Shown piece after piece: positions 1 through 8,792 of a DNA stretch of 63,324 bases. Both the position numbers and the translations under genes were made by a program. This DNA comes from Candidatus Bathyarchaeia archaeon (GTDB taxonomy: Archaea; Thermoproteota; Bathyarchaeia; TCS64), in assembly GCA_050014495.1 (NCBI GenBank), contig JBEKDF010000016.1, forward strand, positions 1-63,324, read 5' to 3'. Positions within the stretch are counted from its first letter, which is position 1. Every line of letters starts with the position of its first letter. Under the pieces are notes generated by a model. The model was not told the DNA's origin and searched no databases. It saw only the letters and a program-made list of their open reading frames with translations.

Positions 1-1
1 G

Positions 2-106
2 TACAAGGAATCTGGTCCATACAAGGAGATCGTTAAGAGCCTATCAGAGTACGCGGATTTGAAGAAGCCCATCGTGGACGAGGTCTTCGACTGCCTGGAA
101 GTGTAG
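2..106 (+). CDS. 3' end of a CDS cut by the window edge (...YKESGPYKEIVKSLSEYADLKKPIVDEVFDCLEV*)
   Basis: Open frame from nt 2 to TAG at 104-106 with protein-like composition, followed by a T-tract. Confidence 0.55.
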   Translation, partial: YKESGPYKEIVKSLSEYADLKKPIVDEVFDCLEV

Positions 107-187
107 CATGGTCTTATTCACACTTTTTTCTATGCTCGTCGTTAGCTCTTATCATGTCGGCGATATCAAGGTAGCATGTATGGGAGC

Positions 188-210
188 TAGCCTTATCCTG
201 AGTCCCACCT
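188..210 (+). repeat. Dispersed intergenic repeat copy (TAGCCTTATCCTGAGTCCCACCT)
   Basis: Matches consensus TAGYCTTATCCTCACTTCCACCTGA with 3 mismatches; more degenerate copies at 249 and 352. Confidence 0.75.
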
Positions 211-410
211 TCTCCTTAAGAAAATCTTAACCCAAATTCACTTTGGCATAAGCCTTATCTTAACTTGCATTCGACAACCCAAACGCATTTGTACCTGAAT
301 TCCTTGAACTGTTAAAATAAATCTATCCATAATGGATATCCTAACGTGCAATAATCTTATCAACTGCGCGTTTGCGTTTCCGCGTCTCCAATTAACTTTG
401 GGCATGTTAA

Positions 411-1679
411 ATGATATATAGGAATTTAACCATAGCCAGATTTCGGGATAGGGTTGAATTCATGAACTATTCCCGCAGAGACAAAGCTATACTACGTGGG
501 CTCGGGGCAAAGATCGCTGAGATAGCGTCACTTCCCATAAACGAGCAGCGTAGAGAGATGCATAATAAAACCAACAACCTGGAAAAAACGAAGCCCACCG
601 TCCACATTTACGAGGTTCCTTGGCATGAAATGGACGTCAACGACGAGCTGAAACTGGCGACGCGGGATCCATTCTGCCAAAGAATAGAGACAGATCTGAA
701 GCGCACATTGTACATGTGGAGGCATATGCAGGCGGATATGGTGGTTGAGCCTACGGTCGTGCAGCCACTCATAATTAATGATACGGGGTTCGGCATCACT
801 GAGGATGTCACCGTCGCCAAGACTGATGAGAGAAGTGACATCGTATCACGCCACTTTCACATCCAGATAAAGAATGACGAGGACATAGAGAAGATCAAGA
901 TGCCGGTGGTCACCTTCGAGAGGGAAAAAACCGAGGAGGAGTACCAGACACGTTGCGAGATCTTCGACAAGGTCCTGAACGTGGAAAAGCGTGGAATGCC
1001 CCTCGAAAAGAAGATCTACCCCTGGAAAAGCACTGAGACCGAGACCTCCTTCTGGTTCACGCCATGGGACGACATTGTCCGATGGACGGGAGTACAAGAA
1101 ATATTGGTGGATATGTTTCGTAGACCCAAATATGTGCATTGCATAATCGAGAGAACAGTCGACGCCTGGCTCAGTCGACTGGAGCAATATGAGAGGCTAG
1201 GTGTGTTGAAGGGGGATCCAATGGAGTTCTGGGGAATTGGGGCAGCCCAGATCTTCTCAGTTTGTTCACCGGTGATGCATGAGGAGTTTGCGTTGAAACA
1301 TGAGGCTCGCTGGTTCAGCAAGTTTGGGCGCAACTTCTATGGTTGTTGTGAGCCACTTGACGAGAAAGTTGACATAGTTAAGAAAAACATCCCGAGACTC
1401 CGGAAGATATCAATGAGTGCATGGGTGAACTTCGATAAGGCGGTTGAAAAGGTCGGGGACGAGATGGTGTTTGCTTGGAAACCTAGCCCAGCGGTTCTTG
1501 CAGCGCCGATATGGGATCCAGAGGGGGTCCAGAGGGACATGGAGGAGAAGATGGAGAAGGCCCGGAACTGCATTGTCGAGATACACATGAAGGATATTAG
1601 CACTGTTAGGTTTCAACCTCAACGCCTCTGGGATTGGTCACAGATAGCCTCTAGAGTCACTCAGAAATATCCGGTGTAA
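411..1679 (+). CDS. Uroporphyrinogen decarboxylase-like / MtaA-CmuA-superfamily TIM-barrel protein (start probably ATG 462)
   Basis: 422-aa ORF with WTGVQEILVDM...P, SPVMHEEF, YGCCEPLD, LRKISMS, WKPSP motifs typical of URO-D-like proteins. Confidence 0.7.
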   Translation: MIYRNLTIARFRDRVEFMNYSRRDKAILRGLGAKIAEIASLPINEQRREMHNKTNNLEKTKPTVHIYEVPWHEMDVNDELKLATRDPFCQRIETDLKRTLYMWRHMQADMVVEPTVVQPLIINDTGFGITEDVTVAKTDERSDIVSRHFHIQIKNDEDIEKIKMPVVTFEREKTEEEYQTRCEIFDKVLNVEKRGMPLEKKIYPWKSTETETSFWFTPWDDIVRWTGVQEILVDMFRRPKYVHCIIERTVDAWLSRLEQYERLGVLKGDPMEFWGIGAAQIFSVCSPVMHEEFALKHEARWFSKFGRNFYGCCEPLDEKVDIVKKNIPRLRKISMSAWVNFDKAVEKVGDEMVFAWKPSPAVLAAPIWDPEGVQRDMEEKMEKARNCIVEIHMKDISTVRFQPQRLWDWSQIASRVTQKYPV

Positions 1680-1712
1680 TCGTCTATTGAGATGCTCGTG
1701 CGCATAGACGAA

Positions 1713-1736
1713 TAGTCTCATCCTCACTTCCACCTT
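1713..1736 (+). repeat. Dispersed intergenic repeat copy
   Basis: TAGTCTCATCCTCACTTCCACCTT; preceded by hairpin CGTCTAT...ATAGACG (1681-1710); partial inverted copy at ~1757-1771. Confidence 0.85.
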
Positions 1737-1919
1737 ATACTCATGGAAAAAATTATGTGAGGGATAAAATTAAGGAGAAGCCTTCATAACTTGAGCCAAG
1801 TTAGTGAAAAATAGATAAGGAGGCATGGGGGGTCAGTAATTAAAGATCTAAACGACAAAGACTCTGAAGCACGCGCATTTACACCCTTCACAGAGCTACC
1901 TAAGGTCGGGAAGATCGCT

Positions 1920-2810
1920 ATGATCATGATCCTGCTCGGCTGGGGCCTCTCCGCACTCATCGCCGGCATTAGGTACTTACTCATAAACATCCCCGGCCGC
2001 ATACCCCTGCTATACTCCCCACCGATAGCTAGAGCGTTTCTCAGTGAGATACTATACTTTCCCACCGGCGTAGCGATCTTGGTCCTCGTAATAGACTATT
2101 TGGCCACGGGGAGGGTGTTGAGGAGACATAAGATCGAGCTGATGATAGCCGTTTTACTGGGTTCGCTTCTACGCCTAGCCAACGCCTTGTTTGATCTAAT
2201 AGTATGGCTCCAAGGAGGATTAACTCTGAGCCGCATATCCATGTGGGCGAGCTGGCCACCCAGTATCGTAGACTCCCTCGTCGAAGGGAGCATCGTCGTT
2301 ATCCTAGGCACACTCTGCATCTACATTGCGTACCGTGTACTCACGGACAGGGAGCTGTTAGTAAAGTGGACGTTTCTGCTACTGTCCGCCTACTTTCTCT
2401 GGTTCGCGTTTGACATCCTTTACATACAATTAGAGGCCGGCGAGCCACTTTTAGTAGTGCCTTTAATCGAGCTGCTATCTTATGCTATGTTACTAATAGC
2501 GAACGCTGCCATCGGAATCTTCCTTCTCGGTGTATCGCTGAGGCTGAGACGCGGCGGCGGATTTGAGGTCTCTACTCCCATGTATCTCAGGATCGTGTTG
2601 CTGGTCTTCGGGATCGTGGGATTCCTGTATGACGCGGGTTACCTCCTTTCTTCGGGGACCATGAGCTGGGATCTCCCTTGGGTGCTGCTCGTAGGTATCT
2701 TTACCAGAATCGCAATAGCCTTGATGGCGTTTTATCCTCTGAAGTTTGCGGTCAGCGGAACCAGTAGTCCGAGGGAGGTACCACCGACAAGCAATGGTTT
2801 TGGGCTATAG
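1920..2810 (+). CDS. Multi-pass membrane protein, unknown function
   Basis: 296 aa with about 8 hydrophobic segments; frame stays open ~100 nt upstream without an ATG, so the start is uncertain. Confidence 0.75.
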   Translation: MIMILLGWGLSALIAGIRYLLINIPGRIPLLYSPPIARAFLSEILYFPTGVAILVLVIDYLATGRVLRRHKIELMIAVLLGSLLRLANALFDLIVWLQGGLTLSRISMWASWPPSIVDSLVEGSIVVILGTLCIYIAYRVLTDRELLVKWTFLLLSAYFLWFAFDILYIQLEAGEPLLVVPLIELLSYAMLLIANAAIGIFLLGVSLRLRRGGGFEVSTPMYLRIVLLVFGIVGFLYDAGYLLSSGTMSWDLPWVLLVGIFTRIAIALMAFYPLKFAVSGTSSPREVPPTSNGFGL

Positions 2811-2913
2811 TCTTACCCCTTCCACACACACTCGCGCTGTTCTAATTCTTAGTACAACTGTCCTAAAGTATAGCAATAACTACCAAGACAACAACCATTA
2901 ACTGGTAACAATA

Positions 2914-3690
2914 ATGGATAGAAAACAGCGAGCCATCTCAATACTAGCCATCCTTATGGCTATAATATTCGCTGGATCGATCATGATGCACCCAAGCATC
3001 ATCTCACCGGTCCAAGGACAAACTATGCTGACCTCAAGCCCCAGCAATAACACCACTAGCAGCAACCCGAGGACCCTATCATTATCCGGCACAGCCACCG
3101 TATACGCCCAGCCAGATCAGGTTGTTTTTAGTATAGGCGCTTACACCGAGGAGAAGACCGCCTCAGCAGCCATCGACGAAAATGCGGGGATAATGACCGC
3201 GGTGCTCAACGCGATCGAGGCCCAGGGTGTGAAAGTGGAAAACATTTCGACCGCCTACTACACGGTCACCCCCAATTACAGCTACGACGCCAAGATGGTG
3301 ATCAGCTACCAGGTAACAAACATGATGCAGGTCAAGATCTCAGACCTCAGCAAGGTCGGGGTCATCATCGACGCGGCCTCCGCCGCGGGAGCGAACAAGG
3401 TTGACAGCATTAGCTTCGGTCTCAGCGATGCCGCTGCGAACAATCTGAAGCTCAGCGCCTACAAGGCTGCCATTGCCGATGCCAAGGCTAAGGCCTCGGT
3501 GATCACGCAGAATCTCGGGATTAGTATTACTGGCGTGCAGTCCGTCAATGAGAACTATTACTACCCTCAGACTGACTACCTTAAGACAGCGGTTCCTTCT
3601 TCTGGGGCAGCGTCCTCTACGCCGATTCTTCAGGGTAACATCAGTGTCTCTGTGACGCTTAACATCGTCTACCTTATAGGGCCAGTGTAG
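2914..3690 (+). CDS. SIMPL/DUF541 domain secreted protein
   Basis: Signal-like N-terminus, LSLSGTATVYAQPD, IDAASAAGANKVDSISF, AIADAKAKA motifs. Confidence 0.9.
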   Translation: MDRKQRAISILAILMAIIFAGSIMMHPSIISPVQGQTMLTSSPSNNTTSSNPRTLSLSGTATVYAQPDQVVFSIGAYTEEKTASAAIDENAGIMTAVLNAIEAQGVKVENISTAYYTVTPNYSYDAKMVISYQVTNMMQVKISDLSKVGVIIDAASAAGANKVDSISFGLSDAAANNLKLSAYKAAIADAKAKASVITQNLGISITGVQSVNENYYYPQTDYLKTAVPSSGAASSTPILQGNISVSVTLNIVYLIGPV

Positions 3691-3791
3691 TCTTACACCA
3701 TTTACCCCATTTTTTACGTGTGCCCTCTAATGATAAGACCGCATGCTTTGCAGGAGCGCGTTCTCATCCCGAGCTGAAGACATTTACTCAA

Positions 3792-3846
3792 TAGCCTTAT
3801 CCTCACTTCATGCCTACCATTGGGCAGTGACTTATGAATGGTTGAC
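3792..3846 (+). repeat. Repeat copy serving as upstream region of the intact MVD-family gene
   Basis: TAGCCTTATCCTCACTTCA...CAGTGA...ATGGTTGAC. Confidence 0.85.
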
Positions 3847-4383
3847 ATAACAGTATTCCAGGAAGTGTTCTACACCGCGGGCGCCCTCAGTGTAATAGTC
3901 GCCTCAGTATACTACACCATAACACTCAGGGGGAACCAGAGAAACTTCAAACACACACTCGAGACCAGGCAGGCACAGCTCCTCATGGGGCTCTTCCAGG
4001 CCTTCTGGGACAAGGATAACAGCAGGAGCCTAACAAACGTCTTCTCGCAGACCTGGGACACCCCGGACGAGTTCTGGGAACGTCTACGAGATGACACGAA
4101 CCTCTACGCCGACTACTCGCACATGTTGAGGTACTTCGACTCGATCGGGTACCTCGTCAGGAGCGGTTTCCTGGACTCGAGGCAGGTGTACGATATTCTG
4201 GATGGTGGGCGGCCATTCATCTTGATGTGGGGGAAGTATGGGGACTTGATCAGGTCTCGTAGGGTCACGGAGGGGGCTAGCTACGCGGTTAATCTCGAGT
4301 ATATCTACGGTGAGATGATTAGGCTGAGGGGTCTTAATGGGGAGCCCGTAGTGGCTCATCATAGTGGTGAGAAGATCGGCTAG
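3838..4383 (+). CDS. N-terminally membrane-anchored helical protein (DUF4760-like 'MVD...' family)
   Basis: MVDI start, TM helix ending YY, LETRQAQLLM, YFDSIGYLVRSGFLD pattern. Confidence 0.75.
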   Translation: MVDITVFQEVFYTAGALSVIVASVYYTITLRGNQRNFKHTLETRQAQLLMGLFQAFWDKDNSRSLTNVFSQTWDTPDEFWERLRDDTNLYADYSHMLRYFDSIGYLVRSGFLDSRQVYDILDGGRPFILMWGKYGDLIRSRRVTEGASYAVNLEYIYGEMIRLRGLNGEPVVAHHSGEKIG

Positions 4384-4469
4384 TTCGTCGCTGATTTGCT
4401 TGAATCTTATGGCGTGCCCCTATTCCATCCAAATTATCTGATGACAGAGTCATGTACGCTTCGGTTCAA

Positions 4470-4494
4470 TAGCCTTATCCTCACTTCAACCTGA
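4470..4494 (+). repeat. Dispersed intergenic repeat copy
   Basis: TAGCCTTATCCTCACTTCAACCTGA, 1 mismatch to consensus. Confidence 0.9.
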
Positions 4495-4534
4495 TACCTA
4501 TCCTTAAAAGTAAGCGTAGGTTGGACTCTATAGA

Positions 4535-4909
4535 ATGAACGGAATCGTGTACGACACCTCGAAGACCGGATTAGAAGCCGTGCTCAGGGTGTGGCAGCTG
4601 AAGGCCATGCAGGCGCTGTGGAGCAGCCAAGAGGGAGCGAAGAGCTTCACCGTGTGGGAGAAGGTGAATAAGATGCTTGAGGGGGAGACCATCTCCCGAG
4701 CCAGTGTCATCAACTTCCTGGAGGCGATGCGTGAGGCCGGTGTCTTATCTGGTGTAGAGGAGACGGGGAAGGGTGGTTATCACTGGGTCTACTCCGCCGC
4801 TATGGATGAGGCGGGTTTCAAACAGTTTATTGCCAAGACTCTGCTGGAGAGGCTGATGAGGGAGTTCCCTGATGTGATGAGGGGAGTCGTAGAGGCTCTG
4901 GACCTTTAA
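4535..4909 (+). CDS. Winged-HTH transcriptional regulator (BlaI/MecI/CopY-like)
   Basis: ISRASVINFLEAM recognition helix and GKGGYHWVY wing; TATA-like CCTTAAAA at ~4502. Confidence 0.75.
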   Translation: MNGIVYDTSKTGLEAVLRVWQLKAMQALWSSQEGAKSFTVWEKVNKMLEGETISRASVINFLEAMREAGVLSGVEETGKGGYHWVYSAAMDEAGFKQFIAKTLLERLMREFPDVMRGVVEALDL

Positions 4910-4986
4910 ACGTTGGTCTTTCTAAGGGTCGTTGGTTTTCGCGTGGTTCGGTTTTCTTTTCGTGTTCGACTTGTGTGGAGGCTGCA

Positions 4987-5064
4987 TAGCCTTATCCTCA
5001 CTTCCACCTGACTCTAACCAGTGATTCTATGGTTGACCTAGGTGAGATTCAGACCGTGTGCGTG
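4987..5064 (+). pseudogene. Repeat plus truncated MVD-family gene start (MVDLGEIQT, ATG 5029)
   Basis: Full repeat, AGTGA, ATGGTTGACCTAG; similarity appears to end at CGTGTGCGTG (5055-5064); frame stops at 5121. Confidence 0.75.
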
Positions 5065-5094
5065 ATAGGAGTAATTAATAGCGTTATTGTATGT

Positions 5095-5856
5095 TCAACG
5101 GGGAGTCCAACGCACCATTAATGGTTTCCCAAGGAAACCACTCCTAATCGTCGCGTTGCAGACATTCACACCGTTAACATACACCTCAACCAGATTTTCT
5201 CTCCTATTAAAGACAATCGAGAACCTATCCCACTCCTTCAACAACGCGGTGATTAAATAATAATCGGAAAATGGGTAACGTGGAGGCGTCACATTGTAAT
5301 ATGTTAAATCAAGAAGTAATTCGGGCTGAGTATATTGATAATAGCGCCCTATCTGTGTGTTTAGGGAAGCGCTTCCATTCATTATCCAGATATTAATTAA
5401 CGGCCTAGCTTCATTGCTCTGCTTCTCGATCCATGAGACATTGAATTCATCGAAGTCTGTGACACCCGTCAAGGTGACTGTATACATCCCCCTGCGCTCG
5501 CTCGATCTGCTCCAATCCATGGCTAAGCAGTTACCTGATGGGCTGTTCTCGCCACTTACTATCTTCACCATGTCGGGGTCTTCTACATTGGTTTCGTTGA
5601 GTGGTTTGTCGAAACTCTCCTTGTAAATCATTACATTATCCTTTGTTATCTTTATGTCAGAGATGTAGACGTCGTGCGTGGGTTTTAATGTTAGAAGGAG
5701 GACCCCGATCAGTGATACAACTATTATCATGGTTAATATAATTTGAACTCGTGCGGGGATGTGAAAACGTATCGGGGGAGATAACTGTGGCATGGAATTT
5801 TCACTGAACCGGGGACACCAGCCAAGGTACTGCTTCATCGCATCTCGCAGGGTCAT
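5095..5856 (-). CDS. Membrane-anchored protein with N-terminal LGWCP motif (DUF1673-like N-terminus) and beta-rich extracellular domain
   Basis: MKQYLGWCP, single TM helix; start overlaps upstream stop (ATGA). Confidence 0.7.
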   Translation of the reverse strand: MTLRDAMKQYLGWCPRFSENSMPQLSPPIRFHIPARVQIILTMIIVVSLIGVLLLTLKPTHDVYISDIKITKDNVMIYKESFDKPLNETNVEDPDMVKIVSGENSPSGNCLAMDWSRSSERRGMYTVTLTGVTDFDEFNVSWIEKQSNEARPLINIWIMNGSASLNTQIGRYYQYTQPELLLDLTYYNVTPPRYPFSDYYLITALLKEWDRFSIVFNRRENLVEVYVNGVNVCNATIRSGFLGKPLMVRWTPR

Positions 5857-6329
5857 GTCCCCAGCCCCGGTATCAGTTTTGAAAAGATGACTTGCGCCAG
5901 CCTCGACGGTGGGAGCCTCTGCTGATCCTGACCTAGCTCAATACTCCTCTCCTCCGCCTCATCAAGCAGCCTCTCAGCGCAGCGTTTTACGTACCTGCAC
6001 CTGTTGCAGTCGGGTTCCTCGAAGTGCCATGTCTGGACCCCGTGCCTCCTCGAGAAGGTAACTATGACCTTGCTGGAATCGAGGGGCATCCTACCGAGGA
6101 GGATGCCGTTTTTGGCATCAACTCTAATGATCTCAATCGAGCTCGCCTCGGCCGTGTGGCGTAGTGCGCTATCAACCTTTCCTAGCGACACTTTAAGGGC
6201 GTCGTAGACGGCCTGCCGGGTGAACCCGAAGTGCTGGCCGATACGCGCTCTCGACTCACCTCGTCTATTTAGATCCCATATCTCTAGCTGATGAGTTGTG
6301 AGATAAGCTGATGAGAGCATATGATTCAA
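5853..6329 (-). CDS. HTH DNA-binding protein with C-terminal CxxCxxxxxC motif
   Basis: SRARIGQHFGFTRQAVYDAL HTH; CNRCRYVKRC; coupled to the LGWCP gene. Confidence 0.75.
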   Translation of the reverse strand: MNHMLSSAYLTTHQLEIWDLNRRGESRARIGQHFGFTRQAVYDALKVSLGKVDSALRHTAEASSIEIIRVDAKNGILLGRMPLDSSKVIVTFSRRHGVQTWHFEEPDCNRCRYVKRCAERLLDEAEERSIELGQDQQRLPPSRLAQVIFSKLIPGLGT

Positions 6330-6496
6330 AGAAATATCAACTGTAAAGTATAATAGCTTTACGCGTGTGTGTGACGACGACTAAATCCTTATGGCGAAAT
6401 AAGCCTTAATGGGCCAATTTGTACTGATGCGCACGCATTGGTTCAGCTTCTTAAAACCTAGGCACATCAGAAGAGGAGGCGGTTGAGTGAATGTTG

Positions 6497-6931
6497 TTAT
6501 GGATAGAAGTGGACTATCTTTTTCGGCACGACCCTTAACGTGACCTGAGTCTTATCATCGAACTCTGGGTTAAAAGATGACTCCAAATGATATTTACCCC
6601 ACACCCACCGCACATATTTGTTATAGCCCTCCTCCGGCTTAAAGTTAAGATCCGCCAAGCCATAAACTAACGCGTATTTGGACGGTGTATCCCCTTCACC
6701 AGACTTTGATCCCTGCATGAGGAATGAGAGGGACACGTTGCTGTTTCGCTTGATGTTCTCTACTCTTCTGGATTTCTTTATGGATACGAAGTAGAAGACA
6801 TTGTCCTTGTAGTTGTACCATATGGGGGCGGCGTGGATGGTGCCGTCCCTGTTGTGGCTACAGAAGATAGTGGTGTAGGATTCAGTGAATAGGTTCTGTG
6901 TGTCCTCCGGGGTCATCTTGTTGCTGCTCAT
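6497..6931 (-). CDS. Pyridoxamine 5'-phosphate oxidase-like (flavin/F420-binding split barrel) protein
   Basis: NRDGTIHAAPIWY, SRRVENIKRNSNVSL motifs. Confidence 0.85.
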   Translation of the reverse strand: MSSNKMTPEDTQNLFTESYTTIFCSHNRDGTIHAAPIWYNYKDNVFYFVSIKKSRRVENIKRNSNVSLSFLMQGSKSGEGDTPSKYALVYGLADLNFKPEEGYNKYVRWVWGKYHLESSFNPEFDDKTQVTLRVVPKKIVHFYP

Positions 6932-7003
6932 GAAAATTACATCTCTGTATTGCTGACAGGCGACTCAATAATAAAGCGATACCTAAGCGCACGCCTTTCA
7001 GAA

Positions 7004-7525
7004 TCACCATTTCTCGGCATGCACACGTTCTTCTTTATACCTATTAGCTGGTGGCTTCTCCTCATCAGGAACCCCAACTGCGACAACGCACATGGGGATA
7101 GTTTGCTTTGGCATCCCCAGCAACTCCCTAATCTTCCACACCCTATCGTCAAGCGGATAAACCCCACACCAGGTAGCACCCTAACCCATGGCATACGCAG
7201 CTAGCAGTAGATTCTCGGTGGCAGCGGAGCAGTCCTGAACCCAGTAACCTGGGCAGGTTTGAAGCTCAGGGTCGGCACACACGATTATTGCTACCGATGC
7301 CTTCGGAAGCATATTCGTGTAGGGATGTGCCTCAATTATCTTACTGAATGTGTCCTTATTCTTCACAACTATGTAGTGCCAGGGTTGCTGGTTGCAGGCT
7401 GATGGAGCCGCCATCGCTGCTTCGAGGAGCAACTTGATGTCCTTATCGGGAATTGCTTCACCAGTGAACTTCCTTATGCTTCTTCTACCGAGAATAACTT
7501 GCATCGCATCCAACTTGATCGACAC
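7004..7525 (-). pseudogene. Nitroreductase family gene interrupted by in-frame TAG at 7181-7183
   Basis: RRSIRKF, APSACNQQPW, QDCSAATENLLLAAYAMG*GATWCGVYP...NRYKEERVHAEKW; frame continues 58 codons to TGA at 7004-7006. Confidence 0.85.
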
Positions 7526-7574
7526 TCGTGTTGTTGTAACGAATAAATAAATAATCTCGCGAACTAAACCTCGA

Positions 7575-7746
7575 TAATCTTATCCTCACTACCACCTGAC
7601 TGTAATCAGTGATTGTATGGTTGACCTAGTGGTTCTTCAATCAGCTTCCTATGCGGCAACTACCATAGGAGTATGCGTAGCAGCATTCTACTACGTCATG
7701 ACCCTGCGATCCCAGCAGAACAACATGAAAGCGACGCTGCGCGCAT
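7575..7746 (+). pseudogene. Repeat plus 5' fragment of an MVD-family gene (ATG 7617)
   Basis: MVDLVVLQSASYAATTIGVCVAAFYYVMTLRSQQNNMKATL aligns with the N-terminus of 3838..4383, then diverges at TGCGCGCAT (7738-7746). Confidence 0.8.
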
Positions 7747-7819
7747 CGAGCGCATCTCTAGCTATCACCAGCGTGGCAGAGTTATTATTGAGAAACATCA
7801 AAAGATTATAGGAAGAGCC

Positions 7820-8461
7820 ATGAAGGATAAACCCCCTGCGGATCTGCAACCTATCGAACTCCTCAAACCGATATTCGACCAAGCAACAACGGTATTCGAA
7901 GCCTTGAAGATGAGAAAGACCATACGCTCCTTCAGCCAGAGGGAAATCCCACTGCAGCTCCTGTCAGACATCCTCTGGGCGGCACAGGGAGTCAACCGAG
8001 GTAAGGGGCCCTTCGATGGACCAGGGCGAACCGCCGGCTCAGCGAGCAACTCCCAGGAGATCCTCATCTACGTCACCCGGGAGGAGGGAACATACTTGTA
8101 TGAGCCAGACTCCTACAAACTAACCCCTGTAGCAGATGGTGACTACCGCCCATTGGCGATTGGCCCCAGGCAGAGAAAGTCCGGTTCAGTAGCCGCAATC
8201 CGACTGATCTACGTTGTTGATCTAGACAAGTTCAAGACCGCCGGATTCCCCGAGCCGGGGCTCTACGACCCTGAGATCCAGAAATCCTACTACTTCGTGG
8301 ACACTGGCCTCATCGCCCAAAACGTCTACCTGGCAGCCTCAGCGCTGGGTCTGGTTTCATGGTTCCACAACTGCAACAAATCGGAGCTGGTGAAGGTGCT
8401 TAAGCTGACGTCACAGCAGAGGCCGCTATTTGGACATACCGTCGGTTATTCAGAAGATTAA
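7820..8461 (+). CDS. Nitroreductase / SagB-like FMN-binding oxidoreductase
   Basis: ALKMRKTIRSF, LWAAQGVNR, RTAGSASNSQE, DTGLIAQNVYL; ATG 7820 preferred over 7673, which lies inside the MVD stub. Confidence 0.88.
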   Translation: MKDKPPADLQPIELLKPIFDQATTVFEALKMRKTIRSFSQREIPLQLLSDILWAAQGVNRGKGPFDGPGRTAGSASNSQEILIYVTREEGTYLYEPDSYKLTPVADGDYRPLAIGPRQRKSGSVAAIRLIYVVDLDKFKTAGFPEPGLYDPEIQKSYYFVDTGLIAQNVYLAASALGLVSWFHNCNKSELVKVLKLTSQQRPLFGHTVGYSED

Positions 8462-8521
8462 GGAGGTGCGTGCATAAATTAAGCTAGGCATCACTCAGTA
8501 ATCTCGCCACTTACTGCACAC

Positions 8522-8546
8522 ATGTCTTATCCTCACTTCCACCTGA
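8522..8546 (+). repeat. Dispersed repeat copy closing the accessory array
   Basis: ATGTCTTATCCTCACTTCCACCTGA with no ORF directly downstream. Confidence 0.9.
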
Positions 8547-8792
8547 TTGTGTGACCTGAAAACGAGTTACTCATGGTTATTCCTGTGGCTTATCAGAGTT
8601 ACACTGGGATAAATGTAAAGTAATCATTAGCTCGTGCAGATATGATAGTTTTATCTATCACATTTCTACCCTAATGGGAGGAGTTGAGTAAACGCCTTGA
8701 GATCTAGTAGAAATACGCCACCAAACATGTCACTAGGTGTAACTATTATGTCTCGGGTGTTCGACTAACAAGAAGAAATCGGTGTTCGTCTC

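Noticed and set aside
7181..7183. Genome-wide TAG recoding
   Set aside because: Many intact conserved genes here end at TAG at the expected length (e.g. fwdA, cdhD, cooT).
7673..7819. N-terminal extension of the nitroreductase given by the ORF track
   Set aside because: It overlaps the MVD stub in another frame; family similarity starts near ATG 7820.
188..8546. Reading the 25-bp repeat as a CRISPR array or as integron attC sites
   Set aside because: Spacing is 0.5-2.6 kb with whole genes between and no cas genes are present. There are no RYYYAAC...GTTRRRY boxes, no consistent attC hairpin and no integrase in the window.
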